DNA of 60,465 bases, filler included, from Rhabdomonas costata (Eukaryota), in assembly GCA_019059605.1 (NCBI GenBank). It is 16 parts of 16 records of this genome, joined end to end, with 100 filler letters (N's around TTAATTAATTAA, not from the genome) between each part and the next. Parts side by side here need not be neighbours in the genome. Positions count along the whole stretch, not along the records: positions 49,238 to 52,908 come from JAHMHO010000613.1; positions 53,009 to 56,687 come from JAHMHO010000614.1; positions 56,788 to 60,465 come from JAHMHO010000615.1; 13 more parts are not named here. One strand, written 5' to 3'. The position numbers and the translations under genes are program-made. The notes beneath the pieces were generated by a model. That model was not told the DNA's origin. It ran no database searches and saw only the letters and a list, made by a program, of their open reading frames with translations. Shown piece by piece: positions 50,261 to 60,465 of this stretch (within the stretch, counting starts at the first letter, position 1; each line of letters begins with the position of its first letter).

Positions 50261-52828
50261 ATGGTGGGCGAAAAAGTTGTGACCATGGTTGCCTGTGCAC
50301 TGGGCCGCCAGGTGCGGCCCGAGGAGGCGGAGATGCTGCGGTGTTTGTCTGCCTCTGGGGTGGCCAAGCTGAACGCCGACCTCTGCCGAGGTGCAACCCT
50401 CTCACCACTGCACCACTTTGAGCTGGCTTTTGCTTTCCTTTCATCCCTCTCACCACTGAGAGCAGCCAAGCGTTTTTGTGTTCGTGACCTCGCTCAGAAT
50501 CATTGAAGGCAAGCCCACAATATTCTCACCTTGATTGGTCAAGAAGCAACGTAAAAGAGACGTATGGTTTCGGTGGCGAGAAGCGAACCTGAAAGAATGG
50601 TTCTGTAAAAAATTTGTGACATGACCTTTCCTCTCTGTCTCTCTCAATCGCATCAGCTTTTACGTCCACATTAGGCTCGGAGTCACCCATCACGGCACTG
50701 AAAGGACATGGTAAGTGGTGTGTTCTTTGCTTCTGGAAGAAAACTTGTTTCCCGTCCCGTCCCTTCAACTTGAAATCATTTGTAAGCCGCTGAAAATAGG
50801 CGTTCACTTGATATCATGGTTGATCGGATGTGCTCCCCTCAGGGGTTGCGATGGAGCGAACTCTAGCCGAGCTGAGGGAAGCCTTCCTGCACAGACAGAC
50901 GCTGTGGGAGAGCTGTGCGCGGCGCCTCACCAAAGATGCGAGGACTTTCCTCAGCCAGCTCAATTCTCCATGGCCCATCGAGGTGATGGTGCTGGTCGCT
51001 GATATCCCTCTGGACCTAGTAATGCGTACGGTCAGCGAAAGACTTGCTGAGGTGCTTTCACACCGAATTGCCTACACCTCCACGGCGTGTCTTATGGTAG
51101 AGGGTCGGGCTTCTGTTCATTTTGGGTGTGCCATATACGCCGGCTCATACGTGAGCATGAACCGCCTCCCATTCCCGGGTTTTTTTGGTGTCCAGGCACC
51201 ACCGGTTTTGGGTGCCTGCATTGCCCTCCATCGTTCCTCAAATCTTCAAACCCACCAGGGCCCATGCGGGTGTTTTGCCATTAAACGCAATGTGTTTTTT
51301 GTGCCGTTGCTTCATCCGTCTTGCACTGACCCCTTGTATTGCACTGGTATCGGGGGGAGGGGTGGGGCCGAGATTCTTGCTGTCACAAAGTAATATTACC
51401 ACACATGGGCTCTGGGATCGGAGCCAGAAGAGTTTGTGCGGGTGCCATATCTTGCGGGACTAGCCGGGTTGAGACTCATAATTGGTGGGACGGTGGCACT
51501 CTTGTCTGGCCTCTTCCAGTCCATCAGCTGCTCCTCATCGCTAAGTCATGTCACCTTAAAGGGTCCGTTTTGGTCTTTCCAGCTCTTTTTTTTTGACTCG
51601 ATCGCATTTCCATGGTCCTGGAAACGTCTTGGATATTTTTGGACATTTGCACATGTGCGTGCTTAGCCTTGGCTTTGTGCCAAGGCTGGCAAGGTTACTT
51701 TGCTATTCAGGGAAGCAGGCGTGTATGGGTTATTCTTTGTCAGGGAGAGGGACAGCTTCCAGAGATCCTCGAGGAGATGGCGTGGAAGCACCTGCAAGCC
51801 AAGCTGGTGAGCAGGGCGCAGCAAATCGCCAGCGCCCTGAGCCTGGCCGTGTCCTTCCGCAGGTTGTGCCCCACCCGTGGTCCCACACTGAACCACCTTG
51901 GGTCCACCATGGAGACCACCATTGAGGGGCCCAAGGTCCGCGCGGGGCTCAGCGCGGGGCTGAGCTGGTTTGAGGACCCGCTCTTCGAAGAGCATGGGCT
52001 TGTGGAGGTTTCGCTGCGTGATGATGGGGTTGGTGTGAGCTGGGGTGTTGATGGGATGGTGTTCCCCTTCACCCGCTTTAAATGTATAGCACCATGGAAT
52101 TCGAGTTTGTTCTAGTTTTCTTTGGCGGTGTCGTATGGCTGGGATCCCTGTTCTCCCTCACTGAATCGGGGAGCCCCATTGTGTGAAAATGAGACAGACA
52201 TATTATATTACGCGTTTCAGTTGACCCTTGGGAGTGCCTTGCGGTGGTCTTTTGTGCCTTTGCTTAGGTTGGCTTTGCCTTTCCTTGTGATCAACAGGGT
52301 TCGTATCTGGAGAACTCCACGGCCGCTCCGCAGTCCGTTCATGGAGTCAGCCCCGCCACCGCCCTTCCACGGGGCATCTTGAAGCAGGGAGCGAACGCCT
52401 CAACCACTCCAGCGACAGCGTTGACAGAAACGCCTCTGTCCACGTCCACAGACGCGCTTTCGGAATCAATGGCGGGCTCACCCTGCTTGGTGCCGTTTCC
52501 CGCCGCCGATACCCAGAGAAACGGAGGAGACCAGTCCAGAGCTGCCTGTGCAGAAGCCGTGGAAAAACCTCAGATTGGCTGCGGGTATTTGCGCGCCTGA
52601 GGTTTTGGAGGCATGCGGTTTGTGGTCCATGACAAGATGACGTGATGATGAAACATTTCCGAATCGCTTTTGTGTTGTCATCCCAAGATGCTTTATTTCA
52701 CTTGACTGATGGGTCCTTTTGCTCCTTGGCCTTGTTTCAGCTCGAAGCAAAAAGCACCCTCCGGAATGACGCTGCTCTCCCGGATGCGGGTCAAGTGCAA
52801 GGTGCTGAGCCGAAAGCTGCGTCGATAA
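50261..52828 (+). CDS. Five-exon hypothetical protein
   Basis: Phase-consistent GT-AG exons 50261-50390, 50843-51051, 51744-52007, 52298-52584 and 52741-52828 (TAA); no domain recognised. Confidence 0.6.
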
Positions 52829-53008
52829 GTGTGGTAGGCCCATTCCTGGTTCTTCCCCTACTCCCGCTCCGTCATGCGCTGTTCCTGTTTTCTTCTCTTT
52901 CTCCTTTTNNNNNNNNNNNNNNNNNNNNNNNNNNNNNNNNNNNNNNNNNNNNTTAATTAATTAANNNNNNNNNNNNNNNNNNNNNNNNNNNNNNNNNNNN
53001 NNNNNNNN

Positions 53009-56000
53009 GTGTGGGTGGAATAAGCAGCTTGCCGGAGAGCCCTTCTTCCGGCAAGCTGCTTATTCCGGCCACAACCGAGCCCCCCATTTCTGACTCGGCA
53101 GCCTGCTCTGGTCCTTGGGAAGAAGCGGGCAACACATCTCGCTTTGACGGTGTACGCGTACAGTCTGCGAGGTGCCGACGCTTCGCAGGTGATGGCAGCG
53201 TGAGGGTCGATTGCCCGGGAGTGCCGGACACTGTGGACCCCTTGGTTGAGTCAACAACCTGACCCCGAGGAGAGAGCCGGGCCCCCTGCTTCGGCGACTG
53301 GGCAGGTGAAGGCGAAGCCGTCGGTGACTTCGAGGCACTGATACCCTGGGCACACGAGGTGCACAGCGGGGAGCTCAGGTGGCAGTGCACGGCGGTGTGC
53401 AGCTCCTGGAGGCGCGAGTGCCTCTCTTTCAGGCCTGGGGGGCTCCATGAGTGACTTCGTGAGCGCAGGGGAGAGACATCAGAGAGGGACTGGGCCGAAG
53501 GAGTGCGGACGGGACGAGCTGACTCAGGGGTGCGCTGGCACTGAGGGTCCGGGAATTGGAATTGCGTGTGCACTGGGGAAGACTCCCCTCTCTTAGGGGA
53601 AAGCAGGGGTTGAGTGGGTCCTGCGGACGCGGCCCTGCGCAGCAGAGAGTTTCCGTTGGCTGAAGGAGAGTCCAGGGGCGGGTCCGTGGGCCGCGTTGAG
53701 ATTGGGACCGAGGAGGACCGCTGAATGGAGAAGAAACCAGAAGGCATTCCAGAGATGGTCGCCGCACGGGGAATTCGGCGGTGGAGAGTGGATAGCCTGC
53801 CGCTGTCCGCGGGCGGGAGCACGAAGCCGTATTTATCCCTGACGAGTGCAGCTTCGTCTGCAGAATGAAAACAAGCATTGTAACCATGAGTGAACACAGG
53901 AGCCAGGCAAAGAAAACTCCAAGAACACCCCAGCGTCAAATAGCTCGAACAGGGGGGGGGGGTGCGTCACCCTTGCCGTGGTGCTTGAGGTAAAACGCCA
54001 GGGAGTCCACCATTGGCGTCCGACAAATAATGCAGACATTGTTCGCGTCGAAGTGGATCTCGGTTTGTGTCTCAACCGCGGCAGAATCTGGAACGCAGCA
54101 TACGCACTTCCTCAAGAATAAATGACAAATGCGCAAATCGAAACTAAAAGGAAAGCACGGGGCTAATAGCCCATACGAAGAGTGTTCCTTCTCATTGAGG
54201 CAATTGTCTTGCGGAGCTTCGCCGACTCCTTCGCGGCAGTTTCACGAGCCTCCAACAGCTCTTGCTGCAACTTCTGCCGTTCCGCGAGCATGGTTCTCAC
54301 CTTACTGTCCAGCACCTTCACTTTGGCTTCGGCCACAAGCTGCTCCCTAAGAACCCATGAGCACACCGCACCCTTACACCAGGAAAGAGAGGCAACGACA
54401 AAACAAAATAGCAGCACAAACGAGCGACACACGGTTCGGCGATCTGCTCGGGCTTCTGGCGAATGTCCAAAGAAAGCGACCATGCAAATGAGCCCGGGAC
54501 CTCAGGAAACGGCATCCTGCGAGAAAAGAACAGAGCAAAAACGACATTGTCCTTTGAACTGTTGGGCATCCAAGCACGAAGCACAATAGAAATCTGTTTG
54601 CGGAGTGCGGGAGTGTGCTTAATTCTAAAAATAAACTGGCTTCATATGAACACCCTGCACTCAAGCAAGACATATTCAGCTCGGGTTTCAATGTCAGGGC
54701 AATTTTAAAAATAGTTTCTGTGGTTCACAAGAAAAATGAGGACAGGTCCAGAATTTTGAAATTAAATCTTCAAAAACGACCCTGTAATCGCTACAGCTGC
54801 ATGCCTCACCATTGGTTATCAGGAAACCAAGGCTTACCTCAACACCAAACCTCAACCGTTGATTGTGAACTTCTGCTATCAACTGGAACAACCGAGTGAC
54901 AAATTCAAGCCCCGAGAGCTCCTTCTGAGAGGGGTAGGTGCAAACTCTTTCAACGCTGGATCCTCTGGGGAAGTGACACGCTTCCGGGAGTCTGGAGTCA
55001 TTTCACCGCGTTCACCGCGATCGGAGGGAGGTAGCAAGAAGGTGCTGCAAAGAAACATAAAGAAAGGAATTGCAGATCACAGGAAAGGATCGAAGGAAGA
55101 AGCCTTTGCAAGCTGTAAAGCTAATCAAATCACCCAACAGCGATTACACACAAATGCGATGGCAGCTTCCCAAAAGAACAAAAAAAAAGCGAACCATGCT
55201 GAGTCCCAGAAAACATGAATGAGACAAGTAAATTGTACTGTATTTTTTCTGGGGGTGAGAGGGTGGGTATTGCTGTCGCCACGTTTTCTGGACGAGTGCG
55301 CGGCTGCGATGGGAAAAGGCTCGTGGAAGGTAGGATGCCACGTGAAGCAGTGCCAAACGACCCAACAGGCGAGAGATTTGAAGATAATTGTTATGGAACA
55401 GGGTGAGACAAAAAGCGCGAGTGACATTTGAGTTTTTCGGGGGAGGGGGCTTTATACAGTTTCCATTAGATGGACATAATTTAGTTGCCGCAACTGAAGT
55501 GGGCACACTGGTCCAAACATACTCGATTCTCGCAATTGACGATCCGCCTCGGCTAGATCGGCTTGAGCGAGGCCTCAGAAAAGATGCAGACGGTGACCGC
55601 GACGTCCGGCGCCTGTGAAACAATGTCGCGCATTGACAAGGTGCCTTAGTCAAATTCTGGTACAAGGGCCGCATTGCAGGCTCCCTGCAGAAGAAAACCA
55701 ACCACCAAAATGAACAGACGGCCAACAGGAAATCGTATAGAGAGAACCACAGTTAGAGGCTACCCTTGACCACTTTGCCTTTGAACAGCTCGTTTTTAAT
55801 TCACTTCATTGTGTGGTGCAATCCACTCCGCATTTACGCACTCACTGCCCCTATAACTCCCGAACGATTAGCGCTCCTGCCTACCACCTCTCTTAGGGTA
55901 TGGAGCTAAAGGGGGTTTGGTGAGATGCTGCGAATTGCCAACATACAAACGGTAACAAAGTCAGATCGCTCTAAAGGACTGGCTGTGGTAGGATTTCAAC

Positions 56001-56518
56001 TCACGCGCACCTGACGGGCTCCTCGTCCACGACCTCGCGAGCAAGGGTCAGGTGCTCCTCCTGAACAAAGTACCAGCTATTCGATCAAAAAAAAGAACCA
56101 TCGGCCACCATTCAAACTTGGTCCCCAACAACAGCACCACTCTGTGTGGTCCGGCAGGTGCCACAGCAGCTTCTAGCACGCAGGTGAACATAAGCCGCAG
56201 CGAGAAAAAAAGAGAAACTGCCCCGGGTGGTTGCCAACCAGATGCCTTTAGTTTTCGGTAGGCATCCTGAACGGCGGTCAGCTTGGCATTTAGGGTCTTG
56301 ACTTTGTCCTTGCTGCTCTCCAGCTGCTCGATGAGGCAGGTTCGGTCAATGGAGACGTAGGCCGAGACAGCCTTGAGCTTCTCCGTGAGAAGTGGAGCTC
56401 GGATCATCTGTGCAGCAACAGGAACAAAACCACCTATCAATATCAGGCTTTCGATTTCCTGTACCCTTTCAGATCTGTGTCCCGCCGCAATGTGCAGCCC
56501 TGTAGACGATGCCACAAG
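53009..56518 (-). CDS. Multi-exon coiled-coil / Ser-Pro-rich protein (partial)
   Basis: Exons with heptad-like content (EQLESSKDKVKTLNAKL; MLAERQKLQQELLEARE), a CIIC-containing exon, and a long exon starting DEAALVRDKYGF. DxYGF is seen upstream of TBC domains, but no TBC domain is visible. Confidence 0.55.
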
Positions 56519-56867
56519 CTGTTGTCAAAGGTGCGGAAAAGAAATAGCATGAGCGTCAGACAGGGAAAACAAGTGGAGAACAGGAGGAACAGGAGAAACC
56601 CCCCGGAAAACAGAAACCTCTGACTTGAGCTTGGCATTGATCTTTGCAGACGCGGGGTTTCTCCTGTTCCTCCTGTTCCCCACAACCNNNNNNNNNNNNN
56701 NNNNNNNNNNNNNNNNNNNNNNNNNNNNNNNTTAATTAATTAANNNNNNNNNNNNNNNNNNNNNNNNNNNNNNNNNNNNNNNNNNNNTTGTGTTTGTAAA
56801 AAGCCGCAGGCCTGCCTGTATTTTGAAGGGAGTTACCAGAGTCGACCAGTCATGGCAATGGCAAAGG

Positions 56868-56980
56868 TCCTTCCTGTTAAGCTTTGCGGCTCGTATGTCG
56901 CCAGGGCTCGGAAAAGGAGAATTCAACAGGACCTTGCGGTTGCCGATGTTCTCCAGGGCAACAAAGCTTAACAGGAAGGA
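56868..56980. repeat. 19-bp perfect inverted repeat with 75-nt spacer
   Basis: tccttcctgttaagctttg (56868-56886) and caaagcttaacaggaagga (56962-56980). Confidence 0.9.
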
Positions 56981-57849
56981 GACTACTTTGGTTGTGCCCT
57001 AGCTTCTGCTCTGGTACCCGTTGGGATTCTGAGCCTGGTGACAGGAACAGCAGTTACATTCTGTGGGAGCGCCAAGGGAAAGGACCGCCTGGCCGAAAAG
57101 ATAAAGAGCAATGCGCATGCGCCAACCGACGCTGCCACTCGGAGATGGGGTGAACTCCTTCCCCAGTGCCCGCTTGGCCAGCAGAAGCGACAAGAGAGGC
57201 TTGAAGGGGTGAGAAGCCGTGACGTCTAGAACTTGTGGCATGCAGGAAAGAAACCCTGTGAAAACTGCTTTTCAGGCTGTGTACCGCAAACTCGTGCTTG
57301 TGGTTGATTATAATAACTGATAATAACCTTGTAAGTAGTAGGTATAACCATGGTTATAACCTTTGAATTTGACCAACCACTTTTTAACTCAATATTTTGA
57401 GGGGGTCTTCCTTTTCTTCCTTTTTTAGTGCTCCCTTTGGGTCGTCGCACCTCCGGCCCTTAATCACTCACTGCGAGCTTGGTCAAAGCCGACTGAATCA
57501 CTGCAAAAAAAGGAAAGCTAATGCAGTTAGCACAGGCCTCCAGGTCAAACCGAGACGCGACAGGTAGAGAAGCGACAGCAGCCAGCTGATTTGCTAATAT
57601 CTAAATGGGTCCCCGAGGACCACGTGTGTGTGTGTGTGTGGTTAGAGGAGAGGAGGCTGTAAATGAACCACTTTTCGACCCCCGAAAAGGAAGACTAGCC
57701 CGCCACAGGGAGGGCTGCTCCTGCTGCTGCTGACGGACTCATACCTTGCGCAAAAAATCAAAACTCTCGCCGAGAGTCTTGTCCCAGGTTGCTCTCCAAC
57801 TCTTCTTTCAGGTCAAAAAAAACAGAAAAAGCTAAGACCCCAGGCCTGC

Positions 57850-59300
57850 TTCGGCTTCGCCCTCGCATGCTCTCTGTCCAAAGAAAAACTGAAAAACATC
57901 CGGTGAGGAGGTGCAGGGTCGAGTGGAGTCCGACTGGGGACCGGTACGCCCGGAACAGTCTGTGCGGGGTTCCCAGCCCCCCGTGGTCTTTCCGACCATC
58001 GACCCCTGTGCGTGGCAGCAGACTGCTGGACCTTGGGGAGAAACGCTCCGCAGGCGCTGGGGGTGGACGAACGCCGCGATCAAGAAGTCTGAGAGGCGGC
58101 GTGGTCAAACGGGGTCCTCCTTCACCTCCCGCTGGCAGGTGAAGCCCCCCGCCTCGGCAGTGTACAGGATGGCCTCGAACAGGGCTGTGTGCCTCGCGTA
58201 CCGACCCAGGCGCAGAATAGAACATGGTCCCCCTGCACGTCTCCTTGGCTGCCGCATGCAGGGCAGAGTGCAGCGTCCAAGGAGGGGAGCTCGCGAACCC
58301 CGAGCGGTGACACAGCACCTGGAATCAGATGGGGCGAAGCGCAGACCCAAGGTTTCAGACGGGGGCGCGGCAAGACATGCAGCGGCGTTTGGTTGAGCCT
58401 GGCACTGCCGGCGGAATCGTTCCCTGGGGGCCACTGTTGCTCCCACTGCCCCGTGAGATGGGCGGAACAAAGGGTGCTCCAAACTGAAGAAGCAGGGCCC
58501 GTTCCCGATGCCCCAAGCGTGGCAGGGCGCAACCATTGGCGCGGGATTTCCGGGTGCTTGAACTTGTGCTTGAACAAGACGGACGGCATCAAGAAAGCCG
58601 CATGGAAAAGTGAGTGCACGGAACCCAGCCCACGGCGGATTCGTCATATGAGAGGAAAGTAGGGGAAACAGGACCCATACGGACATACACATACATACAT
58701 ATAGTTTGCACGACAGCAACGCACGAGAAGTGCAGTCTGGAGACAGTCAAGGGCAGCCAGGCGCACAAGAAACTCCTCGAGGCCGGCAAGGGCGTAATAT
58801 GCTTCGAAGTGTAGTTGGGGGCCAACATAGGAGCCCAAAACAGTGATACCGTTGCTCAAGGCACGCGCGTGAGGCGGTGAAGGAAGGAGTCCTGAGGGAA
58901 AAGAGACCTCCCCAAACCCGCGACTTCGCCCAGTTAAGCGAAAGGCCTTGCTTTTCCGACACAGGGAGTAGGGCAATCAGCGGTTGGGAGAGTTGTTCTG
59001 ACTACCCCCTGAGGTGGCCGTCCTCCAGATGTCACACGTCCCAGGGTCCCGATCGAGAAAAATGCGGGTCCCAGGGGTTCCCCTGGAACACCCTAACAGG
59101 ACGCAATGACCCTGTGTCGGAGAAAAGGAGAGTGGCCGTTTGAGTATTTCGGGAGCATCATATCGCGGTACAGGCAGGTGAAGGATTTGGAAAACTCAAG
59201 CTGCATCAGACAAAGCGACCCCGAGTTATTGTCGTGGCCATTCCATACAACGCATGCGTGATCATGTCGCATGCCTTGGAATCCCGACATTCACCTGAGC
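57850..59300 (-). mobile_element. Degenerate CRE-clade non-LTR retrotransposon: RT + CCHC + restriction-like endonuclease
   Basis: Ordered across frameshifts: LMQLEFSKSF..RDMML; GVFQG/EPLGPAFFSI; GLSLNWAKSRVW; GITVLGSYVG; QPNAAACLAAPPSETLGLRF; CPACG..DVQGDHVLFC; RYARHTAL..AGGF..REV; RLSDFLI; TTGGWEP; FSVFLW. Confidence 0.8.
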
Positions 59301-60465
59301 GGCCAGAATGGCGCTCACCACGCATCTACAAGAAAGACAGCAACCCTGCGCAAATGCTCATGACCAGGAGCTTTAATGACTTTCCCTCAAAATTTTGATG
59401 CTCCCTTTTCCTTCTTAAAACTTTTTTATCTTACTAACTGTTCCCTCCTCGTATGTTTCACATGGTTTTCATGCTAGTTAAACTTTCTTAAAAAAACGTG
59501 ATCATTTGAGGACGTTTTTAACTGTACCCTATCAAATGGCTCTGGCAAGGGCGCTAGTATGATCAATAGCCTTTTTAATTGCAGCCTCATCACGACAGAT
59601 TTTCCACAAAAAAGCGGGCATTTTATAAGTATTTTCCTCCTGTTTTAGTGCTTTTCCAGCTTGCGTTCGCTATGGAAAGATTTGGTTGAGCTGCATTGCG
59701 CCAATGGGGGTTTGTATATTAGTTATTTGCGACGTCTAGTTGTAAGGATGTTGTTGTGGTTTGGCCCTTATGGGTTGGGTTGGGTCGCATAGTGCCATTT
59801 TGGGCACAAGTTAAACACGCGCAACAACAGTAACGCTTTTTTGCCCATCCACAGAATTCAGAAGATTTTTTTTACAGGTGGACAGGTGGTGAATACGCGG
59901 CGTCAGAGTGGTGGGTGTCTGGGGTGTCACCTTTTCCAGGGTTAGCAATTTTTAATTAGAGCTCTTGGGATTTACTGGGTGGACTATTTTCAGCCTGTTG
60001 GCTTTCCCATTTTCCATCACGTATCTCTGTGAGATGTGAGATTTCAGGTGCCACGGGGTGCCCATCCAAATAGTCCCGAAAGCACTCACACACGGGACTA
60101 TAGCGCTCAATTTTCGCCAGGTCGGGGAGAAAGCACAGGCTGCTTGGCCGGTCCTTGCCCCCCGACGGCCTCGGATGCGCAGAGATTCTCTGCGCATCGA
60201 AGCTCTGCGTCCCGCAGAAGAACTGCTGGTGGTCAACACCTTTGTGGGTTGCGGGGTAGCAGTAGATGTTTCCACCCGCTGCAGTCCTTCCGCAAGCGGC
60301 GGCTTAACCAGATTTGCATTCGCGTTGTGGACGTCGTCGTTAAACCCCCCGCTGCCCTGCGAAAAGAAGCAGCACAAGATAAGGAAGAAGAAGAAGAGCG
60401 GGGCACTGGCTGCTCGGCCCCTCGCCTGGCTGCGACAGGGTCTCCCCCATCGAATCCCAACCAAC

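Noticed and set aside
60174-60198. 25-nt near-palindrome gatgcgcagaga-t-tctctgcgcatc as a terminator or operator
   Set aside because: Eukaryotic context, no U-tract, single occurrence.
1-60465. Functional gene cluster, prokaryotic defence system, rRNA, tRNA or SL-RNA genes
   Set aside because: The contigs are unlinked and eukaryotic, and none of these elements was recognised.

Overview
This is not a contiguous locus. It is 16 unrelated contigs of about 3.67-3.70 kb joined by artificial 100-nt spacers (N44-TTAATTAATTAA-N44). Most contigs start with G/T-only and end with A/C-only sequence, which points to degenerate-primer whole-genome amplification. The DNA is eukaryotic, intron-rich and uses the standard code. 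A receptor-cyclase-type gene of a kind I recall from Euglena, and polypyrimidine-AG sites just upstream of start codons, suggest a euglenid (inference). Spliced gene fragments reconstructed with phase-consistent exons are importin beta-1, an AVT1-like amino-acid transporter, a MoCo-sulfurase-like PLP enzyme, a MORN protein, a HAMP-containing receptor, presequence protease, an LSMT/SETD3-type SET protein, AP-3 mu, a MAPK, a U-box protein and several hypothetical proteins. An unspliced pentapeptide+WD40 frame is also present. Decayed CRE-type non-LTR and possibly Ty3 retroelements occur in introns and intergenic DNA. The most interesting signal is a 686-nt MITE-like insertion, with decayed terminal inverted repeats and a target-site duplication, inside the H-x-E motif of an otherwise intact dioxygenase-like gene; it is a candidate transposon-derived nonconventional or intermediate intron. 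Other candidates are a MORN + MoCo-sulfurase-like fusion gene, two GC-AG introns and an intron with a 9-nt junction duplication. All homology calls come from motif recognition; no database searches were run.
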